From contig JYFJ02000811.1 in NCBI GenBank assembly GCA_000934665.2, positions 62,001-107,752 of the forward strand: 45,752 nt of DNA, read 5' to 3'. Below are positions 22,101 to 37,142 of this stretch, one piece after another (within the stretch, counting starts at the first letter, position 1; each line of letters begins with the position of its first letter). Source of the stretch: Catajapyx aquilonaris. Taxonomy: Eukaryota. The notes under the pieces were generated by a model. It had not been told where the DNA came from. It ran no database searches and saw only the letters and a list, made by a program, of their open reading frames with translations. The position numbers were made by a program, and so were the translations under genes.

Positions 22101-25100
22101 ACCAAAAAGTGTTGCGTGCGCCCAAAACCGCGCCCAAGGCTATACCTCCAAGGACCTTGTCATGTCGCCAGAAAACTCATCTTCCGAACTATTGTTTGCC
22201 GTTCCGTATGTAATTTTCCTCCGATCCTTGCAGACACGGTCCAAGAAGCCTACCACGGACGTGGAAATTAAAGGCCAGAAGAGAGTGCTGCATACACAGG
22301 GTGAGTTAAAACACTGGTCCGAAACGAGTCGAAAATGTCGAGAAACCAACCGGTAGCGACTTGCGCGACCCCGAGTGTCTCAGGTACACCCAAAAGGGGC
22401 ATTCTGGCTCATCCTGTACATGTTGCGTGCAACTGATGAATATACGAGCTGCTTCCATTTAATTTTTTTCCACACCACAATTGGAATTTACACCTCGAAT
22501 CGAATTCAAAAATGTGGCCCATGTGGCGCCCATTCTGTTTACAAAAACGCAGCTGGAGGAATTAATTTAAATTTGTAATAATTGAATGCCAGTGGTCAGA
22601 GGAAATGAATGCACGGGGAGAAAGAATTAAGGAACCTACCCTCATCTGGTATTTATACGCGTCGGAAGTTATGGCTCATTAAGAAAGCACGTGGCTGCGA
22701 TGTTTATTTCAAGTCATGCAGCCGGCTGCTTGTTTTCATATTGTAATAAGCCTGAGGTCGTTTAGGGTGCCAGAAACAACCCTCTTTTTACTATTAAAAG
22801 TATTTGTAATTATTCACCGAGTTTATGCCGCATTAATTTTTTTACAACTTCAGCAGATGGGCTAAGTTCGACTTCATGGCACGTGTCAGACCCCTGCTAA
22901 GAATATTTGTGTTCTATTTTTTAAAAAACATAGGTACGATAGCATCAATTATTATTGGACTAATCGAGCCTATTTATATGAAATGGTCTGAGGCTGAAAA
23001 TAGTATCTTCATACCAATAGCTTGTAACTTTCCGACCCATCCTGTCGCATATATGACCAGACAACGTCAGTGTGATATCCATATAGAAATCTTCTGGCGC
23101 ATCAGCCCGTGGGTCAGACTTCTAGAGAGATAAGTGAGTGTCGGGCCATGATGGATAGGCCCCACATGGGCGTCGACTAATGACTGCGGTTCCCATGGAG
23201 CTCCTCCGGTATATCGATGGCAGGCATCTCGTGGGCGGAATGTGGCCTATGGATAGATATCTGTTTGAACCCGCGGGTCTATATAGGAGGGACACAAGGA
23301 CTGCATCACTTACCTGCGACAACTTGATTCCAGCCCCGGTGGAAGGTGTCCCGTTGGCAGCTGCCACTGTGCAGGGGTTGTAAAGCCATTAGGAAGATGT
23401 CCTGCTGGCTGACCCGACCCTACCAAAAAGCCTTTTTTCCAAGGAGCGAGGAGGGACAAGGTGTTACCATCGTCCCCCTAATATACGCGCAGTCCTACCC
23501 TGATTTACACTCTGGGTGAGTAAAAAGGAGGAGTGTCCCCTGATTTGCGATGGGAAAAGACCCGGAGGAATTTGGCGGTGATGTAATTGAATCGGAGCAG
23601 TGTATATGTATGTGACGCAAATGCCGGTTGCGTGTCGACTTTCCCTTTCTAAAAAGTCTAGTTATACCGTCATAAAGCAATCATGGGGGACACGGGGTTG
23701 GCGTGGAAGACGTATGCGACTTGTCTCACGCGAGGAGGAACAAAGGAAGCGTGCGAGTTGCAGACCAGCAACTATTATAGCTGGCCACCCCCCGATAAGG
23801 CCAAAGAGGCGGAAAGGATGTGAGCAAGAAAGCAAACAAAACAAGTGGATGGGTAGGTTTTGAGGATGGAAGAAAATCTACCACTGTGAATGATGGTTAT
23901 GTATACAACTCGGGTTCTACCACTAGCAGTGCGCATGCGCCAGTTGACGACCCGCGCGCATGCGCTAATGGGCAACCAATCATCATTGGCGGAGGTGCCA
24001 ACCTGAGCGCAAAATAGTGCGTGACAGTGCATTTGCACCAAAGGAATTTGTGGGTCCCCAATCCCGGACCGCAACGCGTTCCAGACGCGACCGTCGGCTG
24101 CAATGATAGGGATTAGACCGGACATTATCTGTGAAGAGTGGCAATTGGGGTGTCGGTTTTCACAAGTGGCATAACCCGGGCGCCGGACGGTTGACGTGCG
24201 CCTAATGCCCCTGACGTACAGTCTCTCCTGGAGGTGGATGCCTGCTATTACTGCGCCAGTAGGGTCCCCAAAATGGAGGACCCTTCCCTTCATTTCTCTT
24301 TTTGTAGTTTTCAGGGATTGTTATTAAACCGACCCCTCTCCGCAGGCCGCCTGTCACGAACGCCAACTTTGGGACTTAACAACGACTCGGGTGTCGTTTC
24401 ATGAGCGGCAAGGGTCAGGCCCCCTAACTAAGGTGACCACTCGTTTAGTTAGGCTCAAGTGGATTTTTGGGATCAAGGGCGGACCATGCAAGTGCAGGTT
24501 TCGGATAACGATTATTGCTCAAATTGCACGCACTTGCTTAGTTGGCAGAAAACGACGAATCTCGAAAGCATATGGGGAGCGTCGCCGAAGAAAAACATCT
24601 GCAATGTAGGCATGAATTAGACGTTATTTTAATGAAATTGTGATCACAGCTGAATCAAATTATCCGTCTTAAAAAGACAACAATAAACTGCAAAAGTGGG
24701 AATGATGTAAATGACAAAATAATATAGCTAAATATCAGTCCTACATTCCAGGTCTTGTAACATACTTTAATTTACAGGTTAATGAATGTACCAACCTGAC
24801 TACTTTTACCATTAAATATCTGGAATATTTCTGCCTTTACAGTATATTGTTTACTTTATTATTTATTTGAATTATGCATTATTGCCTTATTTGATAAGAT
24901 AATAAAGTACAGAGAATGAATACGAAAACACATTAATTACTTTGAACGTTCATATAAACTAGTATTATTTAAACATTGTAAATGGAAATATCAATTGTGA
25001 AATATTACATTTATTTGTATTTATTTCGCTCGTATTTACATTGAGACACTTGCACATTATCCACACTTCGAGGTGTAAATGCAACATACAGCCATATTTT

Positions 25101-28100
25101 TTGCCAGTCCTTTGTAATTGCGCCCTTTTGCTCAGATGATGATTCACATAATCACCTTGCATGCACATGTCGGTGCACATTGCGGCATGTATGCTACAAC
25201 AAGATGATGGGAGCTTAATTGCACTGCAGCATGTTGCGTGCGCAATTATACTCAAGTACTAGAACACTGCACCGCACATGTATCTCTAATTGTACAATTT
25301 GTTCCCCGCCGTAACAAGGCGCTGAATTACAATAAGCGGCTGCAATGGTCGCGCATTTAACGACAGCGTCATTACCGCCACGCTCATGTATTCTTCGGCA
25401 TTCCGCTAATGAAGTTGCAATGCTTGACAAGCCCTCTCTTGATATGGAACCAGAAGCAGCAGGTAAATCCGGACTCAACTTTACGGCTCGCAGACAATGG
25501 GCCCTCGTATATATCCGCACCCGCATTGTGTTTGGTAATGAACGACTTTTCAAGCTAATTGCATTATGTCGGGCCCCTTTTTAGTTATTTGGCCTGAGGA
25601 TCCTCGGCGCACGGGTCAATTTCTCAAGTCCAGTCGGAAGGTGGTGATTGGTCTGAAAATGAAATTTGGAGCGCGTGTGAGTCGAGTTCAGACGAGGTTA
25701 ATTGGACACCCAGCCGGTAGCAATACCACAGATCACTGAAATAGAAAAACAGGCTAGAGCTAGCGACTGGAAACAAACCCACCCCTTATAATAAAAATGA
25801 ATGTTGTAAAAGTGTCAGGGGACAATTTAGACAGCAGCATTTTGTCAGGCTCTTTGCACTTCATAACAAACCTTGCGCGGCCCAGAGCATGGCAATTACA
25901 CCTGGAGTTTTTTTATTATTTTTTATTTCTGCTTTTGCAGAGAGCGCCAAAGTGTGAACTTAATTAAGGCGAGAAAGTATCCGCGCGATGTTTCCGCCTG
26001 TTATCATAGCAGTTGACAACCCCCACCTCCAAATGACGAATCTCTGCGACCTGATTGGTGCGCAATCGTCCCACCGATCTTACTCCTGGGAGCAGCTCCG
26101 CTATCCGGAAGCTTTACCTGATTGTGTCTAATTAGCGCGTACTTGGAGGACCGCTCACCAGAAGGGTGGTTTGCACTTGGCGAGGAACTCCTTTCCCTCC
26201 AAAAGTCCTGTAATATAAAACCAGAAACTGGCCTCATCAGTGGGTAATCATGAGGCATAATATTTACGCGAATTCGAGGCAATTAAATGGAAATTTCGAC
26301 TAAATAATTGGGCACCCTGAACAATCAGTTCCAGTCAATATGCAAACGGCTAAAATTTAGGAGACTACTTTCACTTTTGTGTGATTCGGCCAATACCAAT
26401 TAGTACTACAAATAAGCTGGACAATTCAGATTTATTATGTGGGCTAAACTATAGCCAATTCGCAAATGTGTGGTTTTGCGAATGAACAAATCGTCCCAAG
26501 TCAGAGTGAACTATTGCAAAAATTATTTCATCATCTGCGGGTACACTCTTACAATAGTGAAGATATTTTCGTGAACTAACTCCGGGTCCAGCTGGAGGAC
26601 GATTTTCTGATATAATTTTTCCTGGCAGACGACTCAGAATGGTGCAGTGATGCATTTGTTTCCCTGCATAACTAATGGCCAGCTGGTAACGGTTTTTACG
26701 CGGTCAAGCTACACGCAGCAGCCGGGGTCTTGACCCTTTCATCGGACACGCGTGAGCGAAACACACGGAAAAATGACAAAGGCATAGCAGCAGCTTCTGA
26801 AACTGCTTGCATGCAAGGAGTGATGGGTTTTGTCCGGAATGCACTAATGAGAAGTTGGCGCCTGATGGAGACCAAGGAACCTGCGAGCGTCAGCAGCACG
26901 AAAAAGCTCCATGAAAAGGGCTGTCGATGGATGGGTTTGTCCCAAAGCATGGCACTCCAGGACTCTGTCCCATTCGCCAGAAGACATCATTACTTACGCT
27001 CCACCGCCAACTGGATTCCAAACCCTGCTCCACTTTGCATCTCTTCTTCAGCTGCTGGATGGTCCACATCATGCCCAGGCCTTCCTTCGAATTTTATTTT
27101 ATTTTTAAATTATTGAAATCGTATGTCGCAAAATATTATGTCAACCAATATTGTCGACAGTGTATATTTTTTGATATTATACGTTTTCCCTGGCAACAAT
27201 ATAGTGACGGAATATTTCGTCGCCGGATTTGTCATCAGGTGATTGCGATGTCACTCCAGCTGGCTAATTAGATGTGAAAGAGTCAGCCAAAAAAGCAAGA
27301 AGGTGGCGATGTCTTACGGGACACTGAACTCTGCTGGTCAGCATGACAAATGACTACTCACAAGATTAATCGCTCAACTTGCGCTTCTTTCAACAATAGC
27401 TTCGAGCAAATATGCCGTGCAGAAATTAGATTCAATACCACGTGTAGGATTTTGCGATATCATGAGATCCATCCATATTAGACGTTTAGCACGCACGCAG
27501 TAAACACGTCGAGTGCCCTGTTATTACACCTCTCAATTGCAGGTAATTTCTTCTCTGTTGAAATTTTATGTGCTTACATTGTGCATGGGTGTGTGCGCGT
27601 GTAACAATTTTGGTATAAAAAAATATAATAATGATTGTAGTTACACCCTGTTGACCTCCATCCATCGGCTGTTTTGACACACGCGTTTAAACGGTCGTTA
27701 GGTGAAATGAAGGCAGGAAATAGCCAGCCATTGAGACTCCTCTTCCTCTCCCATCGCGTGCCCCGGATTCTCCTTTTTTTCATTGTTGTTTTCCCCAGTC
27801 ACAAGTCACACTGCGGGTTTCCGGAGCAGATCTTCCTTCAGGGGGAATTACACGATTCGAATCTTTGCTGGGCCTCCCAAAATTGCAGGTATTTTGCCCT
27901 GGAAAAAGCGTCCAGTTTGTGGTAGGTCGGTCGTGATCCAGTTTTTGTATGGGGCCAATTTGAGGCTGGGACTGGATTCTTGCATGTTTTATGCGACTGG
28001 CAATGGCATTTAATTGTGATGTAAGGAGCTGTAAAATCTGTTTACAAATTTTTAGATAAATTTTCAACTGCTACCAACTCTTAAATCGACCCAAAAAAAA

Positions 28101-31100
28101 TATTTCCGATTTTGACACACTGGGTTTTGCCTTACATTATACGCAGAAATTTATGATCCACATCCTTTATACTGTACGATAAAAATTCTAATGTACATAT
28201 TCATTCACCATCTCTTGGGAATGGCATCCTCAAGAAAATAAAAAGGTCTCACGCGAATTTCTGCCCAGAAAAAAACCTAGTGAGTTGGACCGTAACTGTT
28301 TCAAACTGATTAGTATGACAAGGGCAAGCAGGATAGGTCTGCGAAAGATGAGCCTCTTTTTTTTGTATTATTTGTAAGTTTTTTTGTTGTAAATTTTCCC
28401 TGGCTATATAACGCCTGGGTCTTTTGGGCCGAGGTGGAATTGCGTGACGCTGCGCCATCTGATAAACCGGACCTTTTCCGACTTCTTTTCCCTGCGATCC
28501 CCAATTCTGATAGGCCTATTCCGCGGCGGAAATAAAGGCCAGCAAACAAATTATTGGACGACGTGCTTGGGTACCGGGCTGGAAAATCCTTTCCTTGCAG
28601 CCGAGTAATATCCGAGGAAAAATCTTGCCCAGAAAAATTTTTGGAAGGAGAAAATTTGGAAACCACAGTATGAAAATGACAGTAGCCTACCTATGGTTTC
28701 ATCGTGAAATTAACGACTTGCTGCACAACTGCGATAAACTGTCGCAAATTGTGTTGCAATTGCGTGAAAATGATACTTTTAATTTGACAGGCAAAAAGTA
28801 GCCAAATGGCAGATACATTGATAAACCGGATTAAGTTATAAATATCAATTTTAGACAAACAGTGCCAGATGGCTGCTAGGCAGACGTTGAAAAGGTCGGC
28901 CATTACTTGTCTTGCGCCGAAAACTAATGAAGTAATCTCGGATGCAAGCAGGTGCTGATTACAATCTCTAGTTAATGAGAAGACTCGATAGGTGTTTACT
29001 TCGAGCACTAATTAAATAAACTTTTTTTTACATATACGAGCATTTCTCAGTCGTGACATTTTAATTAAAAGGAATCAATCGATTTAACATGCACGAGCAA
29101 CATTCCGGATTGAAATTAACACACAGGTTTTTTTTAGGTAAGTCAGCCAATTGGACGGCCGGATTCGCATCTGAAAGACTTAAGTCGGTTTCCAGGCGAA
29201 TGGGTTCTCCTAGTTGATAAATCAGAGGATATGAGCAGTGAAAGGCATGGATGGAGTCGACTGAAACTGCGTTTGGTTGACTGGGGCCTGGACCTATGAA
29301 AGCCAGTGCAGGGGCAGCCCTTCTCGGATGAGTGGCTGGCAAAGGATGGCCACGTGCTCTTGTGAACCCAGAGTTGGTCCATTGTCAGCCTCCCTTCCCT
29401 GGCTGACCTCAGGGACCGCTCTCTCAGACTCCCAACTTACCCTTTTCATGCATATGCTGGTGGAAAGAGCTGGGGGAATACCTTTTATGTCCTGCTCGTG
29501 TCGTGTGGGGATATGGGGACGGTCGCCAACGGCCATCAAAATAATATTTCATACAACAGAAAGGCAAGGGGAGACAAATGCAGAGAAGAAAAAAAGAGAG
29601 TTTCAAACAGACCCCACTGCGAAAACAAGACTGGCAGTGCTGGACGGTTCCCTCAATGTAGCTTTCATGTCATTTAATGCCGGTGTTATGAAAAGCACTT
29701 GCTGGAAACATGTGAGAGAGTTGGGGTTTCTAGGAACTGAGCTGGGCTTTTCTTCGGATTTGTGAGGCGGAATGTGAATGAAGCACCGGACAGGTCGCTT
29801 TAAATGTAATTTCAACAGATAGCTTCATCGTAACGTATATACACATCCGAAATAATCAATTTAATATTCAGGGCACCCTGAGCAGAACCACAGATACAAA
29901 AGGTTGTCCCCCTTCCCGCACCAAATAACATGCAAACATTTCCAATAACCTCCGTTAGCCCAAATAATACCTCATTGTTCAGGGCACACGTTGGGAAGTG
30001 GGTTGCCAGATTTCCACATTTCCACCCCAACCTCCGGATTGCTCCACAACAATGGTCCTAATACGTGGGCGGTCTCTGTCGCCAGGATAGATTGACAAAG
30101 AAGAGTGTTTTGGACGCAATGCGTCAGTCTATTTGGAAGTGAACCGAGCGAGAAGCGTCATTTAAACCTCTGTGTGCACCCACCTCTCATCGAAAATGGG
30201 TGGGAAGGGAAAAGGACCCCACACGTGAAGCAGCCTCTTGTGTTGTGTGCAACCCCCATTTGTCACCGGCACGTAACCTCCAGCTGTAAATATAGAACTC
30301 TCATGGCCCGACGGCACTCCCGGAATTGCAACCTAACAATCCACATTCTCTCCAGCCTCCCCCTTTAGCTATACACATATGCACACCCTTTACGTCTCTA
30401 TCATTTCAATCCGAATTCTTGGTATTCTGAGAGACAAGGGGAGCCTGTGTTTTGGTCCGAATGGAGCTCACATGTTTGGAGGAGCACAGAAAACCGGCAT
30501 TTTATGACTCGTCTACGGTAGAGAAGAAACGACAAAAAAAAAAGCCAAGACGCAAACGTGGGGACAAATGGGGCGTTGGAACATGGCCGACGTGATGTGG
30601 AAGTTTGGCTGGATCGGATTTCGGGTTGGTGACACACTGCCAATCTCTTGCTTAAATGTGGTTTAAAGTGATTGATTGCCTGGGAGATATGTGGCAAAAA
30701 AAAACAGAAATGAAATCCAATAAGCTGCTATTAAGCAAAGTGTAAAATCTGTAGGGTCTACTAATTTGCCTCCGTCATGTCGTGCCGGGCAGAGTTTCAG
30801 GAAGGAGCAGCATGCTCCATCTACTGATTTTCTTCTCAACATCCCGCTTGCCCAATGCATAGCTGTGACTAGTTGCTAGTTAGTAATAAATAATTATCTA
30901 ATGAGCATAATATCGGAGGCATTTTCTTGCCGGAATTCTTCCTGTAATTTCATATGACGACCGGATGAGCCCAGAATTACACTTTTTCCAATACGTGTTT
31001 GGTGACGCGACTTTTTGAAAAAAGGGATCCAGAGGTTGTAAGGGGTTATCGTGGTAACGGTAACAACAATTTGTACACTTCAGACCGCCTTGCTTAAGGT

Positions 31101-33964
31101 GTGTAGCTGCAAAACCAGTTGGCAGGAAGACGAAGAGGACTGGCTCTTACCCTGGTCCCCCGCTTGATTTATTCGCCGGCTTCCTGAATGAATCCGAGCT
31201 GGATAGGTACAGAAAATTATATGTACGGCGGTGGTACCAGAAACCCTCGATGCCATTTCCTGCTCATGTGCACACTCTTCACTTCCCAGATTATATGACC
31301 AGATAAATCGGAATAAAAACGAGCTTGCAAACACACAATAGACACGTTTCTATATTATGCCTCCGTAATTGTGTAATTGTGGGAATAGTGCGCGACCTTG
31401 TTCCTTACTTGGGATTGCGAGGAATGGCATTATGCTCCGGATATGCGTACAGAGTATTTGCGGCAGGAATAAATTTTGGGGTTGTCGGAATCGCTGTTTT
31501 TCCCACGAGAGTCAGCGTCCTTTGAATGGGGGCGAATATATACTGACCCTGCCACTAGACTGTACTACGGTGTATAAAACAAGGCTGCGTGCTGGAATCC
31601 CCCGGTCCTTTTTGCTGACAAAGATCCCTCCAGCAGCAACCTGCATGTTTTTTCACAAGTGTATTGCGTATGTACGACTACTTAGAACCTGTTTTTGCAT
31701 GTTTATGTAAATAAGGATATTCAGCGAAAGTCTTCAAAAACTGGGCCACGTTTTAACGCATAGCATCGCAGCCTATAAGTGACAAAAACATAACCGTAAC
31801 ATTGCAGCATCAACAAACACGACAACCATGTTCATTAGCGCAGGGCACGTTCCCATCACCGGTTATCTCCCAATCTGCAAATGAGCGGTATCCTATGGCG
31901 AGAACAATATAAATTCAGACTTCAGGAATACTCCAAGAGGCTATCCCCGGCACGAAACGTCATGTGCAGGTGAATAACGCATTTTGTTTCTGGTGTATAA
32001 GCTGGTGCACCAAAAGCCTAAAGATACGACCTGCAGATAAGCCAAGATGTGGAACAGGTGAAGCTTCTTTCCCTCCCGCCGAGACCCCCGACGTGTCTCT
32101 TCCTCTCCTGAAAATACTCACCTGAGACGGGTGTAATACTGGGGCGCCCCTGTGTATAATAATAAAAAGGGCCGAATTATTCTCACCTTGCAGGCTTTGG
32201 CCGGTTATACCAGCGAGCGAAGGTGTGTCCACTCATTCTTTGTCTCCCGCTTACCGATTCGGAGCAGATAGCCAACGAAAAGGTAAAAAGATGAGTGGAA
32301 AAAGAAGAAAAAAAACCACCATGCCAGAAGAAGGGAACATGGCGTAAGAGACACGAAGGAAGAGCGGCTCACCCTTTGAGTCGCCTTAAGACACACACAA
32401 AAAAATATAGTTGGCGTTGACTAGACTTGGACATCATCAATAATAGGCTTGTTGTGCAGCTGCCGGCGATACCACTGATACTATCCATTAACCCGCTCTT
32501 TCCGGTCCCCGCTTCCATTTGGCTATCGGAAACGTCCGGTGTTCCATGGTGAAAAGTGGTTCTGGCTACTTCGGTCATTACGCCGCCGATGTTTCAATCG
32601 GCAGCGGAAAAAGGTGGCCGCAATTTGTTATTGCATTAAAAAGCGATAACGCCACGGAGTTTTAAAAGTGTGACAAAAATTACATACCGTTATGAAATAT
32701 TATTCATTAAAATATGAATCTTATTGCACACATTACAATGTTGTTAATTGAAATTATTATGAATATGTTAATAGAAATGATAAAATTGAAGAATTAATAA
32801 ATTTAATATCTAGCCTACACCCTACAGTATTAGCAACTATTATGAACGAAATTATTAATTAACACAAATTATTACTCGACAAAAACTATATAACTTGACA
32901 AAAATAATATAATCGCACTATACGTAAAAAACGATCCATACCAAAATTTATTAATTAACAAAATTAAAGTCACAAAAATGAAAAAATTAATTACCTCATT
33001 CGTCTAATTGTTATATAAGCAAAAATCATAAAAATTAAAAATTTCACGAATTTACGTCGTGCTTTGTGCGTCGATTGCGTCGATTTCGCGGCTCAAAATG
33101 GGGCCAAGTGAAAACAGCCCTGCACTTTGTAAAGATGGTGGTGGGTGGACGCCATCCTGGCAGCAAAGGGCGTGGTGCCGACAGAAACACCGCCGGGACC
33201 AAGCAGTAGCCTTTGGTCTCGTTAGGTGGGCCTATAAATCCACCCTTGCGCTGCAAGAGGGGATGCCAGGATGATTTTTTTCTTCTTCTTCTTGAAGCGG
33301 TCCGGAAACACTGAAAAATACTCCGCGGGCTCCTTCTTATAATATGAAGGATGACGATGTTATCGGCGACAGCTTTTCGCTCCTTGGGTGTATTTACCAA
33401 GCTGATAACAATGTCCTCCGGATTTGGGTTCAAAAACGGGGGTTTTATATGAGGGTAGGAGTGGGACAAAGGGCTGGGTTTTTGCCGCCGACCCTGTCCA
33501 GTTTTTGTCGGATTCCTTAGTGTGTGTGTGTGTATGTGAACCAGTTGCAAGGCCACGTATGGAGGTGGGCTTCAGAGTCAGTGGCCTTTGGCTGCTTGGT
33601 CACACGGGATTCGACGTGTAACACCGGGACCTACACCGCGACATCTTCGGGATTAGGCAATGCCACCGATAGGCATGTACAGGGAATCTTTTTTTTTTGT
33701 TCTTATGGTTCTTTTTTTCTGATTTATTTGCTTGGTTTGGAAGAGCCAGACTCGCGCTGGGGGTTCGACAGGTTTGCCGCTCATTCGTTCCAAGTGCATA
33801 TAATTTAAAATGCAATAGTGTCACATTCCAGCTTGGTCATTTTGCAGCTGGAGGCTGTTTTCACGCGGAAATTTCTCACAAGATTGTTGCTGCTGGATGG
33901 TTGCAGGTTAAAGGTTGGCATTTCTCTGCCGTCATCAACCCTTCCGAAATCTCCTCTTAAATGC

Positions 33965-34092
33965 ACGAAAAGCGAATTTCATCGAGCAAAATATCTAGGG
34001 CGAAATTTCATTGAACGAAAATTTATGAGACTGAATTTCATTAACAAAATTTTATTAGGCTGTATATAGGACGAAATTTCATTTGACGAAAA
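33965..34092. repeat. Degenerate minisatellite with about 15-bp period (cgaaatttcattga-like)
   Basis: Repeated cgaaa/aatttcat units at roughly 15- and 30-bp spacing. Confidence 0.65.
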
Positions 34093-37092
34093 TGGTTTAG
34101 TCGGCTAAGTTGCCACAAATTGTGAAATTACTATAATTAAAGCAGTCACAATGCATAGCACTGACAAATGTGTCGTATTGATAAATTTGTTCAAAAATTC
34201 GCAAGTTATTTTGGCATAATACTTGTGTCAAAATAATTTAAATTAAATTAAAGATGAAATAACTAAATATTTCTGGGCTAGACTATTCGAATGTCCTATA
34301 TATAAACTGACTTCCAAGAGGTAACTAATTTGAACACTCCTTCACAATAGTTATGCGAATCACTAGAAGCCATCGCAGGTGCTCAGCGATACTGATTAAA
34401 TCATGGCGGGTTGCACGAATGATATCAGAAAACTGTTCCTTTCTTTGTTTTTGGCACACACACCCCCTGCCCTTTTATCTTTGTTTTCCATCCATCCCAC
34501 CCCTCATTTGTGAGCTACACCTCTTTCCCCCCCATCTGCTTGAATTATTCACGATGCTAGGAACAGATCAAATCGGATTGGCCCGTGACCTACCCTAAAT
34601 TCGCCAATTTTTCACTGCAATTTTCGAATATGAATCAATGCACGTGCACTTATGATCCGGTAATCCTCTTGTGGGGAGTATGAATGGGGGGGAAGGGGTT
34701 TGCATCCCTCCCCCATCGGCGTCGACAAGCCCGCCCCATCTCGGTGGCATCTCCATGGCAGTTAACAGGCTCTAATTCAGCGGATTCGCATCGGGTGGCG
34801 TGAATAGGACTGCCTTGTTCCTCTGCGGGTGGAGTTCACAAATCAGGCCTAGCCTCCTCTAGATTGCCGCTTCTACTACCCCTTCCAGCAACCCCCAGGC
34901 AACCACCCCCATTTTCTTTCAAACAAGGTACTTGGCATTCCGCCTGCGCACTTCCACCTAGGATTTATGACCCATCCTTGTCGCCTTCCAAACGAATGCT
35001 TTTAAATATTTTGATATACGCATAGAACTATATCTTTGATATGTCCACTGCATTTCCTCGATATTTGCAGTGGTTAATACATGCGAAGGCGGACATTGAC
35101 TTTTCGGGAGGGTTGCGAAGTCAGCATCAGCAATTTCCCCCTTCGAGGGGTATACACGCCAAAGGCGGGCGATAAATCTCTGGGAGAAGTCGTAGGCATC
35201 GTATAAGAGTTGCGCAGGATTCGGAAAGTGGGCGTGTTTCGAAAACTAGAACCGACCAAAAAAAAGAAAGAAAAAAAAAGAGGACAACATCCCTGCATGT
35301 GGAGGCAACCATTCATCTTTCGCGAAAAAAATTCGACAGGGTTTTATTATTTCTCCACTTTAAATATCACCCTATGATTTTGGGCAAATTATATTTCATG
35401 CGCCCAATTTTCCATTTTTTCGCGAAAAATACTCAAATCGACAGAAATTTTTAGAGTGGGAGAACTCATGAGCATCATTATTTTGTACAATGGTCGTACG
35501 TTTTCACAGTTTGCTTTTGATTATTCATAAATGGTTATAGCCTACTCTTTGATGTCATCTTATATGTGTGTCACATATTAATTATTTTTATTATGTTGGG
35601 TCTTCTACATCGCTGACTGCTACTTTATTAGGAAAGTGTAATGGTTTGTTTTGTTTGATTACTTAAGGGAGGAGGGCGTTTCTTGTCCCAAAAACTGTAC
35701 AAGGTTGCAAGGGGATGAACAAATAACATAAATTATTCATTGGTCATTTTCAGTCAGCAGGAGTGGGCGTTATCCCACATGTAGAAAGCTTGAATACCAC
35801 CAACAATAAGAGAGCAGGCCGAATTACCAACAATCATATATCGGAAACGTTGAAAAACTTCATTTGGATGTCCGCTCCGTGCAGCCAACTCAAACACTGT
35901 CAAATGATGCCGTATAAAGATTAACCAGTTGTGTTAAGCGCCAACGAACCTGTCTTTTTTTTACAACGATGCTGCTGAGGCCCGGGCAATTTTGGTATGC
36001 TAACACGGCGATAAAATATGGGGGTCCATAAGCACGGTGCACCAGAAAACTTCGTATAGCAAAGCATCAGAAAAACACAACAGAACCATTCTCCACTCAT
36101 ATGGTAGAATGCAAAGCAGGGGGCTGTAAACCTGTTCCAAAATCCATTTGGGAGGATGATGGCTATAGCTTTGAATACACCTTCGGAGCTCGAACTACCA
36201 CTTTTAAGTAGATTGTTCAATAGATATCGCGCTTGACTTTTTATTGGAGGAGGGGGTAGCTTCTACTTTACAATGGCCATCAAGCATCGCAACTAGGGCT
36301 GTATATAACTAATACAGCCGGACTCACAGTAGCCCATGTGGTTATAACGAATCCTAGTAGCAAATAGACCTGTCCAGAGATTGTTTTGTTGGCCATCGTA
36401 AATCGGACAGTCGCTATTGACAAATCTTGAAAATTTTCGATCAAAACATCCATTTCTCCTAGGCCGGTCATTAAATTTTTTTGTATGGGGGCCAACAGGA
36501 TATCGCTGTCGTAATTACAAATAATTGCGCCCAAATCATACTCGGTGTTATTGCATCGGGGAGTTGCCGGTCGGATTGCATCGGGACTGATTTATAGCCA
36601 GGGTTTGGAAATTGCGCAAATTTTCTTGGTTATCCCCGCGGAAAGGGGCCTCACTTGACTGCGCGAGGAAGAATAACCAGGGTGGTCTTTTTCCCACCTC
36701 AGTTCTGCCCCCTCCCCTTTCCCGCCTAGAACCTCATTAAGGCAACGTAATAACCGCTAATTTCGACAGACACTTATGTCGATAAGCCTAAAAACCCCTC
36801 CGCCTCCTGCCTCTTAATGCGTTTTGGTCGCCTAACGAAGTGCGAAAAAAAAAAGCACAGCACGTGCTGCTAACACCGAAACCAATTTTTTGTGTCCACC
36901 CCACGACACTGTCAATTTTTGGGGGGAATAAATAGGTCCCATTGGTAATCAAGCGACAAAAATATCATGAGAATGGGGGGTAATCTGCGATCTTTTTTGA
37001 GGTTCGACTAACGAGCATGGGGGCAAAAGGGGCCGGAGACCACAAAGCACTTCCTCAATGTCGTCAATGAACAGCAAAATGGCATCTTTAGA

Positions 37093-37108
37093 TGAATGAA
37101 TGAATGAA

Positions 37109-37139
<31 letters not shown>

Positions 37140-37142
37140 ATA
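37093..37142. repeat. Compound (TGAA)n(TAAA)n microsatellite
   Basis: Direct inspection. Confidence 0.95.

Noticed and set aside
431..36697. Scattered GTGGGAA Su(H)-like sites and TGATTGAT Exd/Hox-like sites
   Set aside because: Counts are near chance expectation for 7-8-mers in 46 kb and show no paired arrangement.
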